From Hypanus sabinus (Eukaryota): DNA of 64,000 nucleotides. The notes below the pieces were generated by a model, which was not told the origin of the DNA, made no database searches, and saw only the letters and a program-made list of their open reading frames with translations. Shown in pieces: positions 40,036 to 54,040 of this stretch (within the stretch, counting starts at the first letter, position 1; each line of letters opens with the position of its first letter). The translations under genes were made by a program, and so were the position numbers. The stretch lies in assembly GCF_030144855.1 (NCBI RefSeq), contig NC_082723.1, forward strand, positions 54,684,001-54,748,000, given 5' to 3'.

Positions 40036-41641
40036 TTAGAAAATACTCGATGCCCCAAAACCATCAAACCTGTCGTCCAAGTCATTGACTTCACATGAAA
40101 AATAGTGAAGCCCCCGTAATGTCAAGACTTGGCATATCCCTCAGTCTGCCCTTGCAGCTGGGCCAGGAAATCAATTCTGCCGCAGCGAAGAGTGTAGGAA
40201 GATGCTGCAGGAGCTGCACCAGGCCTGCTTAAACATGAAATGCCAGCCTGAACTACGATCATGCAGAGTATCAAAGGCAGTACACAATGGGTTGAGTATC
40301 TAATTCCACAGTCCGCAGATCAGCTCAGAGCTCTGCAATCCCGTCACATCTAGTTATGAATGACGATGGACAGCTAAATAAGTAATGAGAGAAGAATGTT
40401 ACTGAGGTTGCTGCATTTGGATTTTTGGACCATGGACTATGGGCTTATCATTTTTATATTCTGTGTTTTCACCATTCTTTCTCATTGTTTTTGTGTGGGG
40501 GAGAAGAACTGGGGGGGGGTCGATGTTCTTGTTACATTTCATGCAGGGGAGGGGAATTTGGGGGTCGATGTTCCATTTCGTGTGGGGAGGGGAATTTGAG
40601 GGGTGTCGATGCAGGGGAGGGGGGATTTAAGGGGGGGAGGTCAATGTCCTTGTTGCGCCTTGTGCGGGGGAGGGGTGCTTTTGGCAGGGTTGATGACAGT
40701 GTTGGTGGTTTTTTTTTAATTTCTCTCTGAACTGACAACTTTTCTTTGCTCTTTGGCTGGCTGGAGAAGATGAATCTCAGAGTTGTACACTGCATACATA
40801 CTTTGATAACAAATGAACGTTTGAGCTCGTAGAGATCCCGCCATTAACAATGGCAGGGCCCAGCAAGTGGACGCGGAAGGTAAGGCTGTCACATTTGTAA
40901 CCATGCTCAGCTGGAAGTGCTTATTGTATGAACCAACTCAGCTTCCTTCTGAGATCCCTAACCTTGCACTCTTCACCAGTTCGACTCACTCCATTTGATA
41001 TCAGCAAAACGCTGCGAACACTGGGTAACCAGACAACATCCCATCTCATTTACTGAAAACTTGTAGTCCAGAACTAGCCGTCCTCTAGCCAAGCTATCTC
41101 AGTTCCTTACAATTCTAGCACCAATTCAACAATGTGTACTATTGTCCAGATCTATCCCGCTCACAAAAAAAAACAGAACTACTGTAATCCGATCTGGCTA
41201 AATATTGCCCTATCAGTTTACACTCAGTAATCAACGAAGTGACGGAAGCTGTCATCAACAATGCCGTCAAGTGGCACTTCTCTCAACTAGCCTGAACATT
41301 AATACTGAGTTTGGGTTTAGCAAGGACCACTTTACCCTAGGCCTCATCCAAAGAGCTGAATTCTACAGGTGAGATGAGAATGCTTATTCTTGACACTTAG
41401 TCAGCATTTCACTGCGTGTGGCATAGTTTCACAGAAGTGACTTGGGATAAAGGAGGAAACACTTCGGTGGTAGAGACATGCCTCAGACAGAAAAAAGCTG
41501 ATCGTCCCAGCCTTGGGACATCACTGTAGGAGTTGCTCAGTGGATCTTGCGCCCAATTATTTTCAGCCTCATCAGCGATGGTATTCCTTCCATAATCAGG
41601 TTGAAAGTAAGAAACAAAAAGCATTTCAAGATGTATATTGT

Positions 41642-43082
41642 ATAAGACCATAAGATATAGGAGCAGAAGTGGGCCATTCGGCCCATCGAGCCTGCTCCGC
41701 CATTCAATTCTTCCAGCCAATCCCACTCCCCTGCCTTCTCCCCCTACCCTTTGATGCCCTGGCTAATCAAGAACCTATTTCTGCCTTAAATCCGTCCAAT
41801 GATGGCCTCCACAGCCATTTGTGGTAACAAATTCCGCAGATTTACCACCCTCTGACTAAAGTAATTTCTCTGCATTTCTGTTCTAAATGTATGTCCTTCA
41901 ATCCTGAAGTTGTGCCGTCTTGTCCTAGAATCCCCTACCATGGGAAATAACTTTGCCGTATCAAATCTGTTCAGGCCTTTTAACATTTGGAATGTTTCTA
42001 TGAGATCCCCCTTCATTCTCCTGAACTCCAGGGAATACAGCCCAAGAGCTGCCAGACATTCCTCATACGGTAACCCTTTCATTCCTGGAATCATTCTTGT
42101 GAATCTTCTCTGAACCCTCTCCAACGTCAGTATATCCTTTCTAAAATAAGGAGCCCAAAACTACACACAATACTCCAAGTGTGGTCTTATGAGTGCCCTA
42201 TAGAGCCTCAACATCACATCACTGCTCATATATTTTATACCTCTAGAAATGAATGCCAACATTACATTCACCTTCTTCACCACTGACTCAACCTGGAGGT
42301 TAACCTTTAGGGTATCCTGCACAAGGACTCCCAAGTCCCTTTGCATCTCTGCATTTTGAATTCTCTCCCCATCTAAATAATAGTCTGCCCAATTATTCCT
42401 TACACCAAAGTGCATGACCATACACTTTCCAACATTGTATTTCATTTGCCATTTTTTTTTGCCCATTCCCCTACAATATCTAAGTCTCTCTACAGGCTCT
42501 CTTTCCTCAACTCTACCCGCTTCTCCACCCATCTTTGTACCATCGGCAAATTTAGCCGCAAATCCATTAATCCCATAGTCCAAATCATTGACATACATCG
42601 TAAAAAGCAGCGGTCCCAACACTGACCCCTGTGGAATTCCACGGGTAACAGGCAGCCAGCCAGAATAGGATCCCTTTATTCCCACTCTCTGTTTTCTGCC
42701 GACCAGCCCATGCTCCACCCATGCAAGTAACTTCCCTGTAATCCCATGGGCTCTTATCTTGCGAAGCAGCCTCATGTGCGGCACCTTGTCAAAGGCCTTC
42801 TGAAAATCAAAGTACACCACATCTACTGCATCTCCTTTGTCTATCCTGCTTGTAATTTCCTCATAAAATTGCAGTAGGTTAGGTAGGTGGAATTTTCCTT
42901 TCAGGAAACCATGCTGGCTTTGGCCTATCTTGTCATGTGTCTTCAGGTACTCCGTAATCTCGACCCTAACAATCGATTCCAACAACTTCCCAACCACTGA
43001 TGTCAGGCTAACAGGTCTATGGTTTCCTTTCTGCTGCCTCCCACCCTACTTAAATAGCAGAGTAACATTTGCAATTTTCCAA
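41642..43082 (-). mobile_element. 5'-truncated CR1 LINE, frameshifted RT
   Basis: QHGF, DFQKAFD, GIPQGSVLGP, FADG (YADD-equivalent mutated); (TCTTATGG) tail. Confidence 0.92.
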
Positions 43083-45531
43083 CTGTGTGTATGTCTCTCT
43101 CTTGCCATAGGTGCCACTGAACTGCCGAATATTTATAGCGTTTTCTGTTTTTACTTCAGATTGCAGTGCCTACAATGTTGTGCGTATCACAGATAAAGTT
43201 GGTATCCTTTTCATTGTCACATAATAATAGAACTTTTATAGCATGCAAGGAGGCTATTCAGCCCATTGAGTCTGTTCCATGTCTAATCCTGCTAGTCCTG
43301 GCCTCATATCCTCTTCCCAGCAACCCTTTAAGATACTTACCCAGCTCCCCTTTGAACAATTAATTTGAAATTGTTTGTAGTGCATTCCAGATTCTCATCC
43401 TTGCCATATAGCAATATTTTCCTTAAGTCACTTTTGGTTCTATTGCCAACTATCTTCAAATTTTAAATACTTCCATCTGCTCCAGGGAGAACAGTGCCAG
43501 CTTCTCCATTCTACCTACATAACTAAAGCTCTCCTTGTCCCTGGAATGGTTTTGATAAATCTCTTCTGCACTCTTTCCTGAAGTGGGTCACCCAGAAAGG
43601 GTTCACAATATTCCACATGTGGCCGAACCAGTATTTTAAAAGGTTGAACATGACTTTCTTGCTCTTGTACTCTGTGCCTCCATTTATAAAGGCCAGGATC
43701 GGATCGGATGTACTTTCATAAGCTACTTGTGCCGAGATGAAGCACTCTTGGGGTGGAGGAGCAACACCTTATATTCCGTTTGGGTAGCCTCCAACCTGAT
43801 GGTCTGAACATCAATTTCTCCTTCTGGCAGAAATAAATCCCTCCCCACCCTTTCTTCATCTGTTCCCCAACTCTGGAATTTTACCTGCCTATCACATCTC
43901 CCTGGGACCCCTCCTCCTTCCCTTTCTCCTGTGGCCCACTCCCCTCTCCTATTAGATACCTTCTTCTCCAGCCCCTAACCTTTCCCACCCGCCTGGCTTC
44001 CCCCATTGCCTTTCAGCAAGCCTCCTTCCCCTCCCCCCACCTTTTTATTCTGGCATCTTCCCCTTTCCCTTCCAGCCCTGAAGAAGGGTCTCGGCCCAAA
44101 ACAGCGACTGTCTATCCATTTCCACGGGTGCTGCCTGACCTGCTGAGTTCCGCCAGTATTTTGTGTGTGTTGCTTTGGATTTCCAGCATCCTTAGACTTT
44201 CTTGCGTTTATGTTCTTGCAGATCTTTCAGAATTGTGCTGTCTAGTTTAAGTGGGCCTCTCCCCCATTTTTCCTACCAAGACGCAACTCCTGGCATTACT
44301 CAACATAACATCTTACCCACTGTATATCCCTGGTCCATATCTCCTTGAAGTCTCTTCCTCTCCTCCTCACAGTTCATTGCCACTCCAAATCTTGTGTCCT
44401 CTGCAGAGGCCAAGGATAACACCATCCTTTCATCTTCTCCCGGGGACCCAATGAGTCAGATTCGTTTGCATTTCTTTGTGCCTCTCCTTTACCCACTAGA
44501 TTTCTCCGTTCCTTCACTCCTGGTTTGCCTATCCTTTGCCCTTAGCCGTTCCATCGGCAGACTAAGGCAGGGGTGTTAGGGTCGATGGAGCCCTCAGGTA
44601 ACGGTGGGGTGGTCCACGGCCTAAAAAAGGTCGGGAGCTGCTGCTCTAAGGGATCCCTGGAATGAACGGTGAGGGTGGCTGCCTCCAACTTGCCTCCCTA
44701 TTACGTGTGAGGAGACAGTGGATCAACAAGTTTAACAAGCACTAATGGTATCCCTTGGGCTTGAGTTTATACATATCAAACTCCTCTTTGTATAATTAGT
44801 GGCATTGCACGTCAGAGTTAACTACTTATTTGCTGGATTTATCGTTTCTCAGTAAGACGGCTTTTCCTGCTTTTTTGTACACTGCATCCCACCTATAACA
44901 CCCCGCTGTTCTTCACTTTCATTGTTGCCAGTCCAGCTTGCCCATCTTCCAACACCAGTTAAAAAGTAGGATCGGTGATTCTTGATCGTTAAGTTGCCTG
45001 TTCCAATCCCAACTTGTATCCAAGGATGGAGTAGGTCCTACAAACCCACTTTTCTGTTTGGTAAACTGTTCCCCCTCTGCCCCTTTCCCCTTGCTTCCTG
45101 ATCAGCACAGTTCCCCCTACACACCCTGTTTCTTTTCCCTCTTCCACCCATTTCATCTGCTCACGGTTCACACGTGCCTCCACTTATTCCCCTCCCATGA
45201 CTACTCCTATCTTCTCTGTCCACCTCCCTTGATTCCAGGCTCCACCTTCCTTTCCTATCAGATTCCATCACTTGCAGTTGTCTGTCGCCTCCACCTATCA
45301 GCTCCCGGCTTCTGTCACTATTTTCATATTTCTCCTCCTCCATCTGCCTATCTCCCCTCCACACCCGGATCCACATCACCTTCCCCTTGTTCCAACCCTC
45401 CCCATTGCCTCTTTATACTGGCTCGTCCTCTCTTCTTCCCCTAGTCCAGCTATAGAGTCTTGACCTGAAATGTTGACCATCCATTTCCTTCCACAAATGC
45501 TGCCTGACCTGCTGAGTTCCTCCTACATCTT

Positions 45532-45786
45532 CACACACAAGATGCTGGTGGAACACAGCAGGCCAGGCAGCATCTATAGGAGAAACACTGTTGACGTTTC
45601 GGGCTGAGACCCTTTGTCAGGACTAACGGAAACATCGACAGTCTTTTGGTTAGTCCTGACGACGGGTCTCGGCCCGAAACGTCGACAGTGCTTCTCCTAT
45701 AGATGCTGCCTGGCCTGCTGTGTTCCACCAGCATTTTGTGTGTGTGTTGTTGTTTGAATTTCCAGCATCTGCAGATTTCCTCGTGT
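45532..45786 (+). mobile_element. Palindromic PLE-derived mini-element with hammerhead motifs on both strands
   Basis: Inverted arms of ~96 bp (45532-45627 / 45649-45746); 15-bp TSD TTCCTCCT(A/G)CATCTT. Confidence 0.85.
45653..45686 (+). ncRNA. Minimal type I hammerhead ribozyme, all core nucleotides intact
   Basis: GTC-CTGACGA-C-GGGT(CTCG)GCCC-GAAAC-GTC^GAC. Confidence 0.8.
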
Positions 45787-46531
45787 TTCCTCCTGCATCT
45801 TGTTTGTTGCTCCAGATTCCATCGTATGCAGTCTGTTATGTCTTCTTGGTTTAACTGATCTTGGCTTCAACTCCACCTTATGGTCTGATCATGATAGCTA
45901 TTGAATCTCAAAATCTATCTCTTTCTCAGCCTTACATGTGCAGGTATTTAACAATTCAGTGTCCTTAGTTTTCTGAATAGTGGATCCCCAAGGTTGCATA
46001 CGTACATTTGAGAAGAGAAATTCCTGCTCATCTCAGTCTTTAATGAAAGTCCATTTATTTAAGACAGTGCATCCTGTTTTAGGAGCTCAAATCCTGCAAT
46101 AAGCAGTCAAAACTCAAATTCCTTTATTCACTGAATTGTTGATGCAGACAGAGAGTTTGTACAACTCTTACAGTGATTACTATGTTTTTTGCATAGTAAC
46201 ATGTGATTTTATTTTTCACTTCCATTACACATAATGGATCAGCAATCTTTGATCAATCCTCAGAATTTACCTTGCAATCAATCTATGTTAGGACTCTTCA
46301 AGGTTCACTGAAAATTATTATTTTATTGGCCATATTCTGGTAACTACAGCCATCAATTATCCCTCTTTCCTACAGAGGTTAATGGCTTTGGAAATCAGCT
46401 TGTGGTACCTTTGAGCTGGAAAGCATCCCATCTCAAGCCAAGAGGTCAATTAAGTCCTTAACCTTCCTTTTGAAATCAAATCTGGCTTCTGTAATTGTTT
46501 AATAGGACAGGGACATTTGGTGCTTCATCAG

Positions 46532-46568
46532 CAGTCCTGATGAAGGGTCTCGGCCCAAAACGTTGACT
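46532..46568 (+). ncRNA. Hammerhead motif with a 5-bp stem I but G12->A
   Basis: CAGTC-CTGATGA-A-GGGTCTCGGCCC-AAAAC-GTT-GACTG. Confidence 0.6.
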
Positions 46569-46904
46569 GTTTTGGGCCGGCTGAGTTCCTCCAGGATTTT
46601 GTGTGTGTTGCTTGGATTTCCAGCATCTGTAGATTTCTCTTGTTGGTGCTATTTCAATATATTTTACCAGCTGCACAACTTCCCAAAGATGCCAGAGTAA
46701 AAAGGTGGGGGAAGGGGTAAGAGGCTAGCTGGAAGGCAATAGGTGAAGACAGGTGGGTGGGAAAGGTTAAGGGCTGGAGAAGAAAGAATCTTCTTCCCTC
46801 TTACTCAATCTTGAAGAAGGGTCTCAGCCTGAAACGTCAACAGTTTACTCCTTTCTGTCGATGCTGCCTAACCTGCTGGGTGCCAGCATTTTGTGTGTGT
46901 GGCT

Positions 46905-47220
46905 TTCTGTGACCGCGATCGTTCTTGGCGATTTTCTCTGCAGAAGTGGTTTGCCATTGCCCTCTTCTGGGCAGTGTCTTTACAAGACGGGTGACCCCAG
47001 CCTCCAGAGATTGCCTGGCATCAGCAGTCACATAACCAGGACGTGCGACACGCACCAGCTGCTCATAAGACCATCCACCACCGGCTCCCACGGCTTCACG
47101 TGACCCTCATCAGAGGGTTAAGCAGATGCTACACCTTGCCCAAGGGCGACCTGTAGGTTGGCGGAGGGAAGGAGCACCTCACACCTCCTTTAGTAGAGAC
47201 GCATCTCCACCATGCCACCC
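46905..47220 (-). mobile_element. Second copy of the RTE-tailed SINE-like repeat
   Basis: Colinear with 15373-15715. Confidence 0.65.
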
Positions 47221-50200
47221 AAAGTCCTTCATCTGTTATAAACCGGCACAAGCTCCAAGATATTTGATTCAAAGAAAGTAATGTCCTTATTTTTTCCCTG
47301 TGTTTCTTAAACTGTTGTCTTTTAAAATGCTGTTAATTCATAGAGATTCCAGGGCAAATCTAGATTGTTTGCACTCATTTATAATCAATCGAATGTTGAA
47401 ATGTTACATACTGTATAAAAATATCCAGCATATTCATCATGAACTAGGTCATGGTGTGATGTGGTGAAAGGCACTTCTGTAAGTAAGTTAGCATTTATCA
47501 GGTAGTCAATCAGTTTCCTAACTATCTCCTCCTCACTAAAGAATCTTCTTATCTCCTAGTGTAGGCATCAGAAGGAATGATGCTATTTGAATTTGATTTA
47601 CTAACCCTCAATTAGATCACTTCTAAACTGCTGAGTAAGTCAACGACACCAACTCAAAGGAGGCCTGAGAATAAATATTCAGGCGAGCTGCCTGGGTGTA
47701 TCCAGTAGACTTCATTAAGTTCTGTTGCTAGCTGAAAATGATTGTACTTTCAATGAGTAAAACGTCAGCTGGTTCCTGAACAGTCTGAATATATGTATGG
47801 AACCTATACATCATCCGTGCTTGTGTTCTGTCACTCTCTAAACGAGGAAGTGTCCTGCTATTTTGCGCCCTGTATTCTCCCTAGATAGGAGGAAGGAGAT
47901 GAAGCTCCCTCTCCTTGAGTAAACACCTTTATAGTAATATGAAGCGAGCCAAAAGCAAAGGAGTCGTCTGCCTGAGGAATAGTAGTTGAGATGTGGATTC
48001 TGGGGGAGAGCTACGTCTGCAGGAAGGTGGCAGATCTTTGAAAGGCAGTGCCTCTAGAAGGCTGCACCCATTATTAAGGAACCTCACCATCCAGGTCTCG
48101 CCCTCTTCTCATTACCTACCGTTGGGTTTGAAGGACAGGAGCCTGAAGACTTGCCCTCAACATCTTAGAGACAGCTACTTCCCCTCCACAGTGAGATTTC
48201 TGAATGGCCCACGAACCCTACCTGACTTTTCCTCGTTCTCCGCTACTTATTTAAATATTTTTCTTGTAACCTAGTTTTGTCTTGCACTGTCCTGCTACCA
48301 AAAAAACAACAAATTTCATGACGTATTTTAGTGATAATAAATCTGTTTCTGATTCAAATCCAAAGGAGCAAGTGCTTAGAGGATGTTACCTTCCTGAAAA
48401 AACATCAGATACAATTCCTATTTTCTCCATCTGGTACAAGTGTAATCGGAATCCCTAAGAGACGTTTATTGGATACTTTGGCTTTTGCTGGCAAGGGCTT
48501 TTGTCTTTGGGCCCTGGTCTCAGCCATGCTGAGGGAGCATTTGGGCTAAAACCAGAAAGGGGCATCCTGTATCTTGGATTGTACAATGCAGTTGTCCCCA
48601 GCTATTAATCTCTTCCTCATTACCCAGAAAAGGGTATTTAGGAACCCCTTGAGTATCCAGAATTTGCAGGGGTGGTGGCGGGAAGGTGTGGATATGGTTA
48701 ATCAGACTTGGTTTCCAGTGTGTGGTTTACACTGTGTGATAGCTTGAACAGATGTGTCTCATTTTGGTCAGACAGGCGTCATCAGCATGGCAGCAGAATT
48801 GACGTCACCCGATGCAATTACCTTACTATGGTTGCATACAAAACTGTATGCGAATCTGCACCTGTAATGCTGACACTTCTGTGGTACAATGACCCTGTTT
48901 CATAGTCATGCTGGTGTCTTCTAGATAGAAAAATGATCAGTAGTTTGGTGATCCTCTGTGACCGTCATTTCCGAACAAGTTAGTACCGTAGCACTGTGTC
49001 AGCTCCCCGAACCTTGCAGACAGATCCACACAGATCAAGGGACTTTTACAAAAACCGTTTTGGAAATAAAGTTAATTAACGAAAAAAAAATACGAAAGAC
49101 AACATGATTTTTCTGTACATTCACAACATCATTCAAGTGTTGTGAGTTGCTTACAAGTTAACAAAGTGCTTCTTCCTTGAACCTAAGCCAGCGTGATGAC
49201 TTCATGACATTACTACTTAAACGTTTGTGTTCAATATTTGATAGCTTAATTTAACTATTTACTTCACAGGATTCAGTTCAATATCTGGACTCCATCATGC
49301 GTGAATAATCCCGAAGATATTTTTAATGTAATTCCTTTGTGAGTCTTGGGGCAAGTTTCAATGCTCCACCCATGTAGGTGCAGGCATGTTTCTGACTTGA
49401 TCTTTGATTTTGTAATAAACTCTTGTAGAAAATCACTGTCAGTAACATATTAAAAAAGAGAACTGATATCCTTAATTACTATGTGATTTTCTCTTGCGCA
49501 CGGGTTCCTGACGATGAATGAACTGATAGGAAAATGAGCAAGCCACAAGTTTCTGTGTCATTAGGTAAAGATAATCAGAAACATTCATAAAGCCCAAAGT
49601 AAATAAGCCTTCAATTGTGTCTGTTGAGTATCCTTGGCATTTGGTCTCATTTTAAATGCTTTTGTGATTTCCCAACTGGATAGGCAAAAACCTGTGTCTG
49701 CTTTGTTTGTCAGCCATGGTCCTGTGGCAATATTCTAGCCTCCACGAATGTATGTTGGCAGCCCATGCCAGAAAATTAATTGCATTGTCTACCAGAGCAA
49801 TATTAATGAGTGATGGGTGAAGATATGAAATACATGCTAAGATAGCGAATGCTGAAAGGGTGTAATGGTTAATTTTATTTAAGTTGTATATTCCAGAAAG
49901 CACCAGACACAGTTCTAAAGGAGGCAAACTTTATAAAGGAACAGAGACTAAAGTCTATAATCAGTCAGATGCCAAGGCTTGTTACAGAACATCCTTATGT
50001 AGAACTAAGGAACATATCAACTTAGATCTTTACCTACATTTGGAGTATGGATTTAATTGTTACTAAAGTTTTCGTAATCATCTGCTGTAATTTAATTTAG
50101 GATCCAAGGATACCAGCAATGCAAGTTGTCTTTCCGAGGTCTCTGAGACTCCGGAGAATCAAGTGAAAACTGTTGGCCTAAGTCTCTTACCACTATAGAA

Positions 50201-51929
50201 TAAACTGAGGTAAACTTTAAAGGATACCATGATGTTGCTTCTTACTCTTACTGAATATATTTGTAAGCAGACTTTAGAGTGGACCATTCAGTATTGATGT
50301 ATGCACAAATATATTCCCATAAAGATGCACCACAAGGTGTCTTCATGTATTAGAATAGCTGAATAATGCCAGGGTCTAGAAGTGGTCAAAATACACTCCC
50401 AACATAGTTAAACTAAATGAATTTTCAAAGACTTCTTTGCTTTTACTTTAGCCTGGTTTTGCTTGATAAACACTACATATCGATTAGAGACGAGGCGAGT
50501 TGAACCACTCCCAAGCTCTCCCCGTTGCTGATCTGAAATAAATTGGTAGACCCCTTAATTGGGACAAGTCTGGGAAATACAAGGCTCCATTTTTTTTATG
50601 TTCACGCAACTTTTTACTTATTGATAATTTGTACACTGTGTGTTGCTGCTGAAATCAGCATCTATTACTCATCCCTAATTGTCCCCAAGAAGTCGCCTTC
50701 TTGCTCCTGTGCTTCTGGTGAAAGTGATACTGCAGCGATTTCAGGGAGAGGGAACAACAGTGTGATACTTCTGCGAGTCACGAAGATGTGGGATTTGGAT
50801 GAACCTGAAGAAGGTGATCATTTCATGGTGGAGGACATGTGTCATCTGGAGCAGCCTGGCCATGTGACTGCAGGGCACCTAGCAGATGGTACGCACTGGA
50901 GCCACTCTGCTCCAGAGGCGGAGGGCATGATGGTGGATAGGCTACCTATCAAGTGGACTGCCTTTTCTCAGGATGGCGTCCACTTTTGTGAATTCAGCTG
51001 GGGCTGCACCAACCTTGGCAAGCAGAAAGTATTCCGTCACGTTCCTGAAATTGTGCCTTGCAAATGGGAAAATGGAGGTGCCAGGAGGCAGGCCTCTCCT
51101 AAAGTTCAAAGTTCGAAGTGACCTTATTATCATGCACATTTATGTCACCGTATATTGCCCTGAGGTTCTTTTTCTTGCAGGCATTCATGGCAGATACAAA
51201 GAAGCACGGTAGAATCAATAAAAAGCTGCATACAGAGAGGATGGACAATCAACTAACATACAAAAGATAACAAATTGTGCAAATACAAAAAAATGTAATA
51301 AGTATTGAGACCATGAGTTGCAGAGCCCTTCAACGTGAGTCCATATTTTGTGAAATCTGTTCAGTGTTGGGCTAAGTGAAGTTATCCACTCTGGTTCAAG
51401 AGCCTGATGGTTGAGGGGTTTCTAAACCTGATGCTGAGGGACCTAAGGCTCCCATGCCTCCTCCCCGATGGCAGCAGTGAGGAGAGAGCATGGCCTGGAT
51501 GGTGGTGGCCCTTGATGATGGATGTTACCTTCCTGTGACCATGCTCCATGTAGATGTGTTCAGTGGTGGGAAGGGCTTTGGCTGTGCTATATTCATTACT
51601 TTTGTAAGCTTTCCCATTCTTACAGAGTGGTGTTTCCATGCCAGGTTGATTCCCATGAACCTCCTCTGGATTCTCTCCAATGACAACACATCCTTTCTGA
51701 GATATGGGGCCCAAGACTGTTGACAATACTCTAAGTACAGCCCGACTTATAAAGCCTCAGCATTTTCTCCTTGCGTTTGTATTCTATTCCCCTTGAAATA
51801 AATGCTAACATTGCATATGCCTTCTTTACCACAGACTCAACTTGTAAATTAACCTTCTGGGAGTCTTGCGCGAGGACTCCCAAATCCTTCTGCATCTCTG
51901 ATGTTTGAACCTTCTCCACATTTACATAT

Positions 51930-53335
51930 GTGGTCAGATGCTTTCTGTGGGCCCACCTTCCTGAAGGGTGCTTTCATGTTGGCCTCAGAGTCTGAAATCA
52001 CGGGGTTGTCAGGGATTGTGGGAATTTGTGAAGGTGTCTAGTGAAAGCAAACATTGAGCTCATCTGGGAGCGAAACCCCGTTGTCGCATACGTTGCTTGA
52101 TTTTGCTTTATAGCATTCAAGCCTTTCCATAGCTGTCGAGCATCTTTCCACGATTCAAGTTTAGTTCAGAATTTCCACTTTGCAAGTGAGATGGCTTTCT
52201 GGAGGTCATACTTAGATCTCCTGAATACCACTGATGAGGCTCTCAGCACATTGCGGATCTCTTGGTTTCAGCCAGGGCTTCTGGTTGGGGAGGACTCTGA
52301 ATGTGGGGGTGCACTTGTCCACGAGTGACCTGATAAAGTCCATGACAACCTCAGGGTATTCATTCAGATCCTCTGACGAGTTCTTGATCACGATCCAGAA
52401 CACTGACTCAAAGCAATCCCATAGCCGTTCCTCTGCGTCCTGCAACCACCTCATTGTTGCCCTTACCTCTGGGCCCTCGCGGTTTAGCCTCTGCCTGCAT
52501 ACAGAGTCAAATGATTCAATTTCCTGAAATGCAGTTTAGGTATGCAATGGTAGACATTTCTGATGATAATGTCGTCAAGTGTGTTGGGACCCCAGGTGCT
52601 GCAGGTGATATGCTGATAATAATTGGACAGAGATTTCTTCAAGCAAACCTGCTTGAAGTTCCTGGCAATGACTTGAAAGGTGTTGGGGTAGGTTGTTTCT
52701 TGTTAACTGTGGTACTCAATGCATTGAGTGCTTGCTTAACATCCGCCTTTGACAGCATATAAACTGCGGTAAGCATCATGAAGGAGAACTCTCTTGGTAA
52801 ACAGACCAGAAGGCATTTAATTATTAGATGTTCCAGATGGGAGAACAATGAGATAAGATTGCTACATCAGAGCACTATGAAGAGTTTATTATAAAACACA
52901 TACACCCCCCCACCACCACCTTTTGCCCTCTTTGAATCAGCAGTTTGGTCCACCCAGTGGATTGAGAAGCTCTCGGGTCTGACCGCTGTATCAGCATGTC
53001 TGGAATGAGCCATGTCTCCGTGAAACAAAGAACACAGCCATCACTGCAAAGTACCCCAATCTGACCTCCTCCTGTGGCCATCGGAATCATGTGGTTGGGC
53101 CAGCTGAGTTCCCAGCCACAGATAAACCAAGGACGTTAATAGTTGGGGACTTGAAACACCACCAACATCAAGGCCAGATGGTTTTCAGAGGAGGCTGAGA
53201 AGAGCTGGACGATGCACATACATCCTCAGGTCAGTCTGCAGATGCACAGGAGAGAGCGTCCTGACGAGCTGCAGTACTGCATGTGGCAAACATGGAGATT
53301 CAACATGAAAGTGGGCCTCTTTCGCCCACACTGAC
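51930..53335 (-). mobile_element. Degenerate Rex1/Babar-type LINE, AP-endonuclease region
   Basis: CVLCFTETWL...GGCMCFIINSS, LPREFS..LTAVY, LWDCFES..W, RVLPNQKPW. Confidence 0.75.
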
Positions 53336-53364
53336 ACAGTCTCCACACCATCCCCATTCCTAAC

Positions 53365-54040
53365 CCTTTCCCCACACCCTGCCTGTCTCCCCCCTTTCCC
53401 CACACTCTCCTCGTCTCCCCCTTTCCCCACACTCTCCCGTCTCCCCCTTTCCCCACATTCTCCCCATCTCCCCTTTCCCCACACTCTCCTCGTCTCCCCC
53501 TTTCCCCACACTCTCCCGTCTCCCCCTTTCCCCACATTCTCCCCATCTCCCCTTTCCCCACACTCTCCTCGTCTCCCCCTTTCCCCACACTCTCCCGTCT
53601 CCCCCTTTCCCCACATTCTCCCCATCTCCCCTTTCCCCACATTCTCCCCGTCTCCCCTTTCCCCACACTCTCCTCGTCTCCCCCTTTCCCCACACTCTCC
53701 TCGTCTCCCCCTTTCCCCACACTCTCCCGTCTCCCCCTTTCCCCACATTCTCCCCATCTCCCCTTTCCCCACACTCTCCTCGTCTCCCCCTTTCCCCACA
53801 CTCTCCCGTCTCCCCCCTTTCCCCACATTCTCCCCATCTCCTCCTTTCCCCACACTATCCCCTACTCCCCCTGTCCCCACGCTCTCCCCTTCCCCACATT
53901 CTCCCCATCTCCCCTTTCCCCACACTCTCCTCATCTCCCCCTTTCCCCACACTCTCCTGTCTCCCCCCTTTCCCCACACTCTCCTGTCTCCCCCCTTTCC
54001 CCACACTTTCCCTGTCTCCCCCCTTTCCCCACACTCTCCC
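53365..54040. repeat. C-rich minisatellite, about 25 units of 26-27 bp, with a three-unit higher-order period
   Basis: Core CCCCTTTCCCCACA followed by CTCTCCTCGTCT, CTCTCCCGTCT or TTCTCCCCATCT. Confidence 0.95.

Noticed and set aside
50543-51121. 192-aa plus-strand ORF
   Set aside because: No ATG start or recognisable domain; it overlaps degenerate LINE-like sequence also seen at about 780-1200.
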